From the IMG/VR virus record IMGVR_UViG_3300031718_000011, positions 1 to 60,890 of that record: a stretch of 60,890 nucleotides of DNA; one strand, given 5' to 3'. The DNA is from a virus (taxonomy: Duplodnaviria; Caudoviricetes). This document shows, piece after piece, positions 39,240 through 48,143 of this stretch. Every line of letters begins with the position of its first letter. Position 1 is the first letter of the stretch. The position numbers were made by a program, and so were the translations under genes. Under the pieces are notes generated by a model that saw only the letters and a list, made by a program, of their open reading frames with translations, did not search any database and was not told the origin of the DNA.

Positions 39240-40747
39240 GCTCCAGCCCCAATCGGATCGACGTAAGCCCCATTCAAAGCCCCGCACATTTCCGCGGTCG
39301 AACTCAATTCAATAACCCAATCGCGCGCCAGCCCGTTGCCGCGCCAGCGCATCATCGAACGATAGCGGCCCGAGCTCACCATCTGTTTGGGGCGGTTATT
39401 TCCATATTCCGCCCCACCATTACGAGAAATACGCAGATTGACCGTGGGTGCAGCGACCTGGGTAAGAGGCCCGAATCCCGAACTAAACCCCGCGCTCCAA
39501 GGGCTTAAAAACTGATTGACCTCACCGGTATTTGGCCGCGTTCCTGTAGCCAAGTCCGCGACAATAGCCGCCTGATTCACATATTTTAGTTCGTTGGTGA
39601 AATGCGGAAACGACCTGATCCACGGAATCGGTTGGCCGTTATCGGTATAGGTATTCAGATCAATTTCATAAAGCTGTCCGGTCGCCCAATCGAGCGCGAC
39701 ATTCTTGCCATAGAGATAGGTCGTGAAGGCATTGCGCGCGCGATGTAAGATGCCGTTCCCATCGATCGAGCAATCTTCGAACCATTGATCCGTCGCTTGG
39801 TCGATTGCCCACGTCTTGTCGGCACTAGGAAAATGCAACTCGTAAAACGAGTGTCCTTCGATCTGATAGACCGAACCGATTGCATCGTCCACGCGCGCAT
39901 ATTTTAAAAACTCTTTTTCGATGGCGTGGGTGGAAATCCGCTGCGCGACGTTCTGCGCATTGCCGCGCATTACCATGCGGGCGCCTTCCGGACTCTGTGA
40001 CAACCAATAGACGTTGGTATCCATTTTGGCGGGAGAATATTTTGCGGCGCAACCCTGCTCTATAATCACGCCCGGCAGAATCTGGAACGGAAACGGGGTG
40101 CTGCCGGCATTGAACCACGGCTCGCTTTTCTTCGGTCCAAAAATCCAGACTTCACGTTCGATTGCCACGACACAGAGAATATTGTCCGGCCACGCCGTCT
40201 TGACGCCGATATAGAGCGCATTGAACGTAATATCATCAGACAGCGTGCAATACCATTGATTGGTCCCAGGAACGTTCAAGATCAAAAACGAATCAATGAA
40301 ATCCACCCGATCCGAACCCAGAAAATTAGGATCGGCGATCTGGGTCAATTGCCGTAGCGGAATTCCAGTCAAATTGATCGTATAACCCTGTGGCGACCCG
40401 TCAACCACGATGATATTTTTACCATTGTCGGCCATGGAGGCCGGCGTGCCTTTGTTGGCGATCAAATTGCCGAGCGCGGTAAACTTCCAATCGGGATCGA
40501 TGTAATAAACCACCTGACCGATCACTGCATAACCGTCGCCATTTGTTGCACCATACAAACAACGCGAGAGGCCAGGAACGGGCGGCGCACCCAATGGTTT
40601 CAAACCGGGGCGCACATATTGAGTGGTCGGAAATGTCGGTTCCGTATTGGCTGGATTCTTTTCCGCGAAAACATTTACGGCACGCTGTGCGTTCGCAATT
40701 AAGGATTCCGAACTATATGCACCGGAATTCAACGCAATCTGGGTCAT
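39236..40747 (-). CDS. Packaged-DNA stabilisation/tail hub protein (P22 gp10-like)
   Basis: 503 aa, PGL...R.LY, MADNG, RISTHA.E, Y...GH.FY, W...G..RD motifs. Confidence 0.85.
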   Translation of the reverse strand: MTQIALNSGAYSSESLIANAQRAVNVFAEKNPANTEPTFPTTQYVRPGLKPLGAPPVPGLSRCLYGATNGDGYAVIGQVVYYIDPDWKFTALGNLIANKGTPASMADNGKNIIVVDGSPQGYTINLTGIPLRQLTQIADPNFLGSDRVDFIDSFLILNVPGTNQWYCTLSDDITFNALYIGVKTAWPDNILCVVAIEREVWIFGPKKSEPWFNAGSTPFPFQILPGVIIEQGCAAKYSPAKMDTNVYWLSQSPEGARMVMRGNAQNVAQRISTHAIEKEFLKYARVDDAIGSVYQIEGHSFYELHFPSADKTWAIDQATDQWFEDCSIDGNGILHRARNAFTTYLYGKNVALDWATGQLYEIDLNTYTDNGQPIPWIRSFPHFTNELKYVNQAAIVADLATGTRPNTGEVNQFLSPWSAGFSSGFGPLTQVAAPTVNLRISRNGGAEYGNNRPKQMVSSGRYRSMMRWRGNGLARDWVIELSSTAEMCGALNGAYVDPIGAGA

Positions 40748-41832
40748 CCCAGCACCTTCACGACTTTGAAGGTATCGCCATAAATCTGAATCAGCGCCGT
40801 ACCGATATTCAGCACCGTGGGTTGATGCGAAACAATCTCAATCGGGCCATAGCCGGCGAACTGCGCCCAGCGATTATAAAGGATCACCGCCTTGTCGAGT
40901 TGGCCACCACGGATCATTTCAAAGCAGGCACCGACATGCAGATCATGACAATCTTCGTCCGGATGTTTTTTGTCCTGCGCGCCGTGCCGCTCGAACTCGC
41001 GCTCCAATTGCTCATGAAATTCTCGCCCGGATATCATAAGCTCGGGCGTCTTTCGCACCCAATCGTCATAACGCAGCGCCAGAAACGACATATCGACCAC
41101 ACCATCTTCGACGGACGGCCAGATCGACTTGCGTTCGAATTCCCTTGTCCATCCCGCCAACGGCGCAAACATGGAAGCGGCCCGGTTATGAGCGGGGATC
41201 AATGTCAGCAAAGTGATGCAATCGGTTTGCGTGAACATCCAACGATAAGCCGCACGGCACGCGTTAAGAACATAAGTTCCGGGGCCGGAATAGCCGCGAG
41301 GAACTTTCAAGAAGTTGGTATGGACATGATAAACCCCGAGCGCCTGCCAATGAAAGATCATGCCACCATGATCGGCCATCAACAAAACATTGCGCGTATC
41401 TGCCAGCAAGGGTGCCACGTCGAACGACTGGATTCCCTCATGCGCCGCATACTTGAACACGGAGGGATCATTGAGAATCCCATTGATTTCCTCCGCGTCG
41501 AAACTGCGCCTTACAAGATTTGTGGGGATGGAATCAATGAGGATAGATCGTTCGGCAGGTCCATCGGCAGCGGCGGCGACCACAGGACCGTCGCTTTTCT
41601 CTTGTCGAGAAATTCCATCAGATCGCTTTTCTTCTGGAACGGCAGCGATATCCGCACCGGAGCGTCCGGCGGCAGGCGGCTCAGGCGATATAGCAATGCC
41701 TTCGGATCGTACCAGCCGAAGTATTGTGGGCGTACTCGCATAGCTGTCCTCCACAATGGGAGAAGCAGGCGCGGCCAATCGCTGCGCCCGTTCCGCCGCT
41801 CGCCGTTCCTTGCGTTTCTTGCTTGCCGCCAT
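40744..41832 (-). CDS. GNAT-like (DUF2824-like) virion morphogenesis protein
   Basis: IN.ILN.P.V...GG..F......Y.VHT.F...WMF..TD...L.T..P..N.AA pattern. Confidence 0.55.
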   Translation of the reverse strand: MAASKKRKERRAAERAQRLAAPASPIVEDSYASTPTILRLVRSEGIAISPEPPAAGRSGADIAAVPEEKRSDGISRQEKSDGPVVAAAADGPAERSILIDSIPTNLVRRSFDAEEINGILNDPSVFKYAAHEGIQSFDVAPLLADTRNVLLMADHGGMIFHWQALGVYHVHTNFLKVPRGYSGPGTYVLNACRAAYRWMFTQTDCITLLTLIPAHNRAASMFAPLAGWTREFERKSIWPSVEDGVVDMSFLALRYDDWVRKTPELMISGREFHEQLEREFERHGAQDKKHPDEDCHDLHVGACFEMIRGGQLDKAVILYNRWAQFAGYGPIEIVSHQPTVLNIGTALIQIYGDTFKVVKVLG

Positions 41833-41838
41833 GATCTT

Positions 41839-42300
41839 TTAGGATGCGTACCAATTTCCCGCTTTGGCGCAGGCCGGCGACGTGGCAACGTGCGATGCCA
41901 GCGTGATCGATGTCGCGTTGTTGATCGTATCCTGCGCGGCAGTAAGAGGATTGTTCGCCACCGAAGGATAAATCGTGAGCGTCTGCGCGCCATTATTATA
42001 GATTTGCATCTGCGTGCCGGGAATGCACGGCGGCAGATTGACGCCCGTGCTCGCCGCGACGGTATCGACCTCGATCAAATAGATATTGGTCGGCAGCGCC
42101 GTACCCGTGGCCTGGGTGGTGCCCGCGGCGGTAATTCCGGACTGATAACTATAGTTCTGACCACCGGCCAATCCGTTGAGCCACGCGCCATCCACGAGGC
42201 CAGGGCCGGTACCCGGAGGCGTCCCTACCGCGGCAACCGCGGCGCCGACAGCGGCACAACAGATTGCACCCAACAGCATATCCCGAAGCGTCTTGAACAT
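41839..42300 (-). CDS. Small beta-rich virion-type protein with a Sec signal peptide
   Basis: MFKTLRDMLLGAICCAAVGAAVA|A, AGGAG RBS, two mature Cys, C-terminal G.W. Confidence 0.65.
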   Translation of the reverse strand: MFKTLRDMLLGAICCAAVGAAVAAVGTPPGTGPGLVDGAWLNGLAGGQNYSYQSGITAAGTTQATGTALPTNIYLIEVDTVAASTGVNLPPCIPGTQMQIYNNGAQTLTIYPSVANNPLTAAQDTINNATSITLASHVATSPACAKAGNWYAS

Positions 42301-42311
42301 TTTCCGTCTCC

Positions 42312-42560
42312 TTAGCCAATAGTTGAAGGCCAGTCGTCTATCCAGATATCGACCTTTCGGCCGAGGCGAGTCATGTAGGGAAGTTTCTTTTCTCCGTCAG
42401 TGTAGATGACTTCAACTGAAATGCCGCCGGCACCGTGTTTTTCGGCACGCATGGTGACGCACACGACCTCATGACCCCGTTCTTTCGCACACGCAATAAA
42501 TTTCTCCCACAAAAAAGGGTCACTCGTATATGTCTTTCCATAATCCAAAGCTATCAGCAT
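42312..42560 (-). CDS. Short HAD-superfamily-like protein
   Basis: IALDY..TY...V.CVT.R...K...DIWIDD motifs. Confidence 0.65.
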   Translation of the reverse strand: MLIALDYGKTYTSDPFLWEKFIACAKERGHEVVCVTMRAEKHGAGGISVEVIYTDGEKKLPYMTRLGRKVDIWIDDWPSTIG

Positions 42561-43328
42561 TTAAAAACTGTCCGAATCTCCGCGGTAATCATATGCGCGA
42601 TTCCTGTTGCGCAGAAAACTCGGCATCCTCAGCACTCCGACAGCCTGATTCGCGAGGCGAATGACATTGAGCGCGTCGCGCGCCAAAGCGTTGATTTCAG
42701 GATCGGCGGGCATCTGATAACTGGCGCGAAAACGGCGCGCAAGGCACCAATTCAAAGCAGATTCGTATTCGGGCGGAAAATTGATAGGCTGTTGGATATT
42801 TGCAAAACGCGGCAGCACAACCTTAAAGCCGCAATGAATTTCATAGATTGTCGGTTGCGGCACGGGCCACGGGAACAATACCCCAACCGGCCACACCGGA
42901 TCATAAAAAATCCGCCATGCCAAGGTCCCAATATTCTTGACCGTGATTCGCGAATAATCCTCATGCGATTGGATAATGTCGAGCGGGATATCGACAAACA
43001 AACCGCCGGGAGGCGCCTGATTCAAGAAGCGCAAAAATGCATATTCCAATCGATCCGGCCGCGGATTGATGTTGACCGTCTGATTAAGGCCGACGCTGTA
43101 ATTCTGTGCGCCGGTCGAAACAAACGAATAATCCACAAGCCGATAAACCAACCATCGCTTGCGCGCCCATTGCGCCAGTAGCCAGTTGGCTTGCGTGAAA
43201 GCGCGGTTGAGAATCGCCGGCTCGATTGCCTCATCGATGCCGACAATTCCACCGTCGATAAGAGCATTTGTCAGCAATGCCCCACAGGTATCGACCGGAA
43301 GGGCCGGTTCTGCCGGAGGCATTGCCAT
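42561..43328 (-). CDS. Head-tail adaptor (P22 gp4-like)
   Basis: AL...GI..I.E......N..L..W, PPEY..AL...LA motifs, positioned after the coat gene. Confidence 0.7.
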   Translation of the reverse strand: MAMPPAEPALPVDTCGALLTNALIDGGIVGIDEAIEPAILNRAFTQANWLLAQWARKRWLVYRLVDYSFVSTGAQNYSVGLNQTVNINPRPDRLEYAFLRFLNQAPPGGLFVDIPLDIIQSHEDYSRITVKNIGTLAWRIFYDPVWPVGVLFPWPVPQPTIYEIHCGFKVVLPRFANIQQPINFPPEYESALNWCLARRFRASYQMPADPEINALARDALNVIRLANQAVGVLRMPSFLRNRNRAYDYRGDSDSF

Positions 43329-43332
43329 GGCA

Positions 43333-44127
43333 TCAAGCCGCCTTCTCGACCTCGGACTTCAAACGCTCAAGCGACCAGCGGCGGTCGATCTTGATGCCCT
43401 TTTGTTCGGCCGCTACTTCCCATGCAGTGCGTTCCGCTTCCGGGCCACTCTGCGTACCGCCGCCCTGCAATCCCAACCCAGGAGCCTCCGGCTGCGCCGC
43501 ACGCTCGACGGCACCGCCAACGACTTCCGCCGACTTTTGCCACGCCTGGAAGGCCAGGAATTGGTCCCACTGCGCCGGATCGATAGTCGCGGGCGCGGCA
43601 GGCCCGGACGCCTTGAGTGCCTGCGCCACCGCCGCAGCGACTTGGGGAATCAAAAGCGCCGCAAGCTCGTTCTGGGCGATGGACGGATTGACCGGAGAGG
43701 CAATGTACGTCTTGCCCTGCTCCGCTTTGAGCGGATCGAATTTCTGGGTGCCGGGCCACGGCTGAGGACGCCACTGGCAATCGTCCTGCCAGTCCCACAC
43801 GTGATCGCGGCCATAACGGCCTTTCTCATCCATGGTCGATTCGCGATAGCAGACGCCAAGTTCCGCCGCCTCATCTGCAGTCCGGACCAGCCGCGGCTGA
43901 TCCTTGGGATGATAGAGCCACGCCGGCCACACCCGATAATCCGTCCGATTGAAATAATGCCGAATGGATTTGATCGTGGACCAATCCGGCATAACAGGTT
44001 TGGGGGGAGGCGGATTATAGGTGATCACGTCGCCATCGGACATGATTACTTTGGCGCCTTCTCCCGCAATGGACGGATCGAGATAGCCGGCTTCGCGTTT
44101 GGACGGCAGAACAAAGGCCATAGGCAA
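43333..44127 (-). CDS. Hypothetical protein with a C-terminal HeH/LEM-like motif
   Basis: AEQKGIKIDRRWS.ERL..EV C-terminus. Confidence 0.6.
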   Translation of the reverse strand: MPMAFVLPSKREAGYLDPSIAGEGAKVIMSDGDVITYNPPPPKPVMPDWSTIKSIRHYFNRTDYRVWPAWLYHPKDQPRLVRTADEAAELGVCYRESTMDEKGRYGRDHVWDWQDDCQWRPQPWPGTQKFDPLKAEQGKTYIASPVNPSIAQNELAALLIPQVAAAVAQALKASGPAAPATIDPAQWDQFLAFQAWQKSAEVVGGAVERAAQPEAPGLGLQGGGTQSGPEAERTAWEVAAEQKGIKIDRRWSLERLKSEVEKAA

Positions 44128-44142
44128 CTCTCCGGTTGATGA

Positions 44143-44763
44143 TTATCCGACGGGCGGCTTCCGATTGGCTTCCTCGGCAAGAATGCGCCGACGTTCCTCA
44201 GCGACAGGCGCGCCGAGTTGCTCGTCAAGTGCAGCCTGATCGGCAGCGGCGATTTCCGCGACCGTTTTCTGATTCTCGCCGCGACGCGCGGCCTCTTCGG
44301 CCATGCGGCGGCGTGTTTCATCGGCTTCGATTTGTTCGCGCTGCCGTTGAATTGCCGCCGATACGGCGCCTGCCTGTTCGCGTTCCGTCGCCTCAACGTC
44401 GCGATGGACCTCACGGCGCACCCGCTCATCAAGACTCGGAATCCGTTTTTGATCCTCGTCGTCTTTTACGGCTTCCGCAGTCGCGATCTTTTCCTGATCC
44501 TCATCATGGACCAACACCGACACGTCGCCAGTTAAACGGTCCACATGATATTCTGGATATGCCGGCACACTCACATGGTCCGGCACACCTTCTACTTTCT
44601 TGCGCAGGATATGGCTATCGTGGACCTTCACCCATTTTGGCCACTCGATATCCTTGGGCGATTGCAGCGGAGGCGGTACAAGGCCAATCGGATGCCCGGT
44701 GTCCTTGTGCACCATGAATCCGCTGTGCGGATCGATTTCGTGATTCTCGGGATCGAAAGCCAT
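44143..44763 (-). CDS. Hypothetical protein
   Basis: AGGAG RBS, E(W/Y)PKWV-type motif, directly downstream of the coat gene. Confidence 0.6.
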   Translation of the reverse strand: MAFDPENHEIDPHSGFMVHKDTGHPIGLVPPPLQSPKDIEWPKWVKVHDSHILRKKVEGVPDHVSVPAYPEYHVDRLTGDVSVLVHDEDQEKIATAEAVKDDEDQKRIPSLDERVRREVHRDVEATEREQAGAVSAAIQRQREQIEADETRRRMAEEAARRGENQKTVAEIAAADQAALDEQLGAPVAEERRRILAEEANRKPPVG

Positions 44764-44956
44764 GATCGTCTCCTATTTGATTCTTTGACCGATGCAAGCG
44801 CCGTAACCTAACTTATTTCAGGTAGTCGGCACTTGCACTTTCTTCCCCCGATTTCCGTTAATGAGCCATACCGAGAATCGTTCCGGATCGAAGGCGTGTC
44901 TGCGCTGAGTGCGGTCGTTCCTAGCAGCGGAAGGTACGACTCTCGTAACGCAAAGT

Positions 44957-46216
44957 CTACGGCGTGCTGTCCATGGCCTGCACGATCCACTCTGGCCGCG
45001 GAACGCCGCTTCCGAACAGGATATCCAGGCGATCGATGGGTTGATCCGTTGTCGGTTCGTAACAGACCAGGCTGCGCATCGATAGACGATCATATTCATG
45101 CCGAGCCGCAGCGATGACGCCTTTCTCGTTCGGCGGAATCCACAACGGCGCCACGACCAAGGTGATCGCATCGGGCGCATAGGCCAGATTCTCGCGATAG
45201 GTCACGCTCGCATTCGCAAATGGCGTGATCGTGGCGTTATTGGCCGGCGACGCCGTGACGGTCTGATACTGTTGCGGCGTGTAAGGCAGCCCAGCATAAG
45301 GTACGTTCGAAGCCGGCGGAACGATTGGCGGATAGAACTGAATCTGCGTCGCGCCTGCGGCGGCATTCGCCGTTGCGACAAACTGCGCCAAGGTTCCCAG
45401 GCTCGAATAGTTGACCCGGTTGACCGCATTCACACCCGCGATGGTAAACACGTCGCCGGCATTGATCGTTCCGCCGAGCGCATTGACCGTGAGCGCTTGG
45501 CCGGTTTGATTCGCACCGTTAACCGTGGCAGTTGCGAGCGACCCGGTCGTGTGCGAGACCACCGATTGATCCTCGAACAGCCGGAATTGCAGCGCCTCAT
45601 ACATCATGCCGGTATTGTACTGCCGCGAAATCGAATCGACCGGGTTGAACAGGCCGCGAAGCGACTGCTGAATCCGCGTATCGGATCGCGGAGCAAGAAC
45701 GCACTTGCGCATTCCCATTTCGCCGAAATTCGGCGCGGAGTTTTCCTCCAAGAGCGCACGTGCCAGCGCAATCGGGCTATCGGTGATCGGCAGGATATTG
45801 TTGTTGGCATCCACATTGGCGGTCGCGTTTCGGCACGCCGTTGCCGTGTTCACCATGACTTGGAGTGCGACGTTGGCGGCGAGCGCATTGACGCGCGGGA
45901 GCACGATTCGCTCCATATAATCGTCCACGTCCAAGGTGGTTTCCGCCGACGTGAAGGCCACGTCCACATGGCGCTGCGTCGCGACCGTGAGCAGGAATTG
46001 CTGTTCGGTCGTATCCTGAATCGCAATGCCGGGACCGTCCGTGACGGTATATTGGTTGGCGTAGCGGATACGCAATTGCGCACCGATCCGCGCGCCTTCG
46101 ATGCCGAACTGCGATTCGAACTGGCGGGAAACGTTCTGGATGAAATAATTCGTATTCAAGAACATGCGGATCGAATACCGCGTGATCATTGAAGGCGTAA
46201 GGATATTGTTCGCCAT
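44957..46216 (-). CDS. Major capsid protein (P22 coat gp5 family)
   Basis: MANN.LT...ITR, V.RQF...F...GA.IG..L.IR, GDVFTIAGV.AVN, NLAY..DA.TL, RLD.L.G....RPEW. Confidence 0.93.
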   Translation of the reverse strand: MANNILTPSMITRYSIRMFLNTNYFIQNVSRQFESQFGIEGARIGAQLRIRYANQYTVTDGPGIAIQDTTEQQFLLTVATQRHVDVAFTSAETTLDVDDYMERIVLPRVNALAANVALQVMVNTATACRNATANVDANNNILPITDSPIALARALLEENSAPNFGEMGMRKCVLAPRSDTRIQQSLRGLFNPVDSISRQYNTGMMYEALQFRLFEDQSVVSHTTGSLATATVNGANQTGQALTVNALGGTINAGDVFTIAGVNAVNRVNYSSLGTLAQFVATANAAAGATQIQFYPPIVPPASNVPYAGLPYTPQQYQTVTASPANNATITPFANASVTYRENLAYAPDAITLVVAPLWIPPNEKGVIAAARHEYDRLSMRSLVCYEPTTDQPIDRLDILFGSGVPRPEWIVQAMDSTP

Positions 46217-46402
46217 CGGGATGGCTCCTGAGAATCAATCGCGCCATCACCCGGCGCATTGGTTTTTGGGAGCACATTGCTGTGCGGTGTTTGTCCGGTC
46301 CCGACGCGGACAAGGGCGGGAAAACCCTGATAATGCTCAGGTCGCAGCGCAACGGCGCGATACTAACCCAGGATGCCGCCTGGTGCGGACGATTCTCAGT
46401 CC

Positions 46403-47185
46403 TTAACGACGCGCGGTGCGCCGCTTCATCATTTCCTCAAAACCCTTTGTGAATTCCTCATCGCTCGATTCATCGGCGCGCCAGTCCACAACCTTGCTTG
46501 CGCTCGGATCGACCGGAGGCGGCGGTGCCGGAGCTTTGCTCACGGTTTTCGCGGGCATTACGGGCGTAGCCGGCGGCGTCGGATCGGTTTTCTGGGCAGC
46601 GGGAGCCATTGCCATCCTCGTGATTTCGGCGATCCTACGCGCGGGCGTCATGTTTGCAAGCGCAATGGCTTTTTCGCCATCCTGCGCAATCGCGTGCATG
46701 ATTTCATGCGCCTTGGCGCGGTCGATTTCAATGACGGACGAGACAAAATCCGCCGAATTGACGCCATAGGCGTTGAGCGCATTGACTGCATCGACCCAGC
46801 CTTGACCATAGGTTTTCAGGCCAGTCTCGCTGACTTGCTGGGCGTCGCGCTGAAAGACCAATTCAGCCGCGCGGCGGTCCACGTCGTCGGATTGCGGCTG
46901 CTGCGCCGGCTGCCGCGGCACGGGTTGCGGCTGTTGCTGATTATTAGGCTGCTGCAGCCGCGAAAGTAATTCGTTCTGTTCGGCAATTGTGCGCCGGCTG
47001 GTCGCCAATTCAGCCTCAGTCTCGCGCACCTTGGCGCGAAGCGGCGTGATCTCGCGCACCATCACATCGACCGGCACCATTTTGGGTTGCGGTGCTGTAG
47101 GTTCGGCAGCCGGATCGAGCGACAACGCAGGATCAACGGCTACAACAGGAGCCTCGTTCGGAGTGGGATTTTGTGCCGGGTCCAT
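46403..47185 (-). CDS. Scaffolding protein
   Basis: Coiled-coil and Pro-rich, directly upstream of the coat gene, VS.AP.P motif and basic C-terminus. Confidence 0.75.
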   Translation of the reverse strand: MDPAQNPTPNEAPVVAVDPALSLDPAAEPTAPQPKMVPVDVMVREITPLRAKVRETEAELATSRRTIAEQNELLSRLQQPNNQQQPQPVPRQPAQQPQSDDVDRRAAELVFQRDAQQVSETGLKTYGQGWVDAVNALNAYGVNSADFVSSVIEIDRAKAHEIMHAIAQDGEKAIALANMTPARRIAEITRMAMAPAAQKTDPTPPATPVMPAKTVSKAPAPPPPVDPSASKVVDWRADESSDEEFTKGFEEMMKRRTARR

Positions 47186-47192
47186 GAATCCC

Positions 47193-47633
47193 TCAGTGCA
47201 GGAGATGGGCTGTTGAACGCTTCAAGGCCGCACGATAGTTCGGCGCGTTGCCGAATTTCTCCGCGATCTTGCGATTTTCGTACTTGTCCCCAACAAACTG
47301 CTGGGTATTCGGCGCAAGCTGCAGCCGATTATCTTTCGGTTGATCCTTGGCGGTCATGGCATTGAGCACAATCGCCAGATGCAAACGGCGCTTGTCCGCA
47401 GGAGATACTTTAGGGTCTTTCAATTGCTCGACGTAAAGCTGAATCGTCGCCTCGACAAAATTGCGCCATTCCGACTTGGCGAATTCATTCTCATCGGGCC
47501 AATTGATACGGAATTTTTCCGAGCGTTCCATGCCATGAAACTCGCCGGCCATCTGCTTGGCGTCGTTAAACAGCATTTTAATGAGGCCCATGGCCTCATC
47601 GTTGGTGATACTCTCGCCGTTGACTTCGATCAC
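47193..47633 (-). CDS. Hypothetical protein
   Basis: ORF between portal and scaffold. Confidence 0.6.
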   Translation of the reverse strand: MIEVNGESITNDEAMGLIKMLFNDAKQMAGEFHGMERSEKFRINWPDENEFAKSEWRNFVEATIQLYVEQLKDPKVSPADKRRLHLAIVLNAMTAKDQPKDNRLQLAPNTQQFVGDKYENRKIAEKFGNAPNYRAALKRSTAHLLH

Positions 47634-48143
47634 TTGTCACCTTTCGGCGGTTTGCCCGGATTCACGTCCATCCTGCCGAATTTCACGCCGGCACGCATAT
47701 TCATATCGGTCGGCGGATTGAGCGAATCGACCCGATCCGGCATTCCCGTGGTCGGCATCGGCTTGGGCGTTACATCCTCAGGCATTATTGCGACCCTAGC
47801 GGAATTGTTATCTGGAACGGTACGACCTTGACCCAACCTGTGGACATTTGCAACTTGGGAAACAGGGGAAACACAGGCTTTTTTGTTTGCAGCAGTTTTT
47901 GCGAAGTTTCGATCAAGCATTCATTGACCGCAGCTAATTTCGCTTGAGTCTCAATAAGTTGCGCATAAGTCAGCAAATGCGCGCGCTGGCTTGCCTCCAA
48001 TTCATCGGCCGCCTCGCGAATGGTGCGGCGATCCTCCGCGGACAATCCCGGCACGTCCTTGGCGATGATTCGCAGATTATCGAAGCCATTGGAGACTTCG
48101 CCGATAATGCGCGCGGTCGCGGTAAAGGGTGATTCGGCTGGGT

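Noticed and set aside
40543-42315. Long antisense ORFs (e.g. 40543..42315, 19408..20883, 45098..46192, 6888..7988)
   Set aside because: They are shadow ORFs opposite well-supported genes in GC-rich DNA and have no recognisable motifs.
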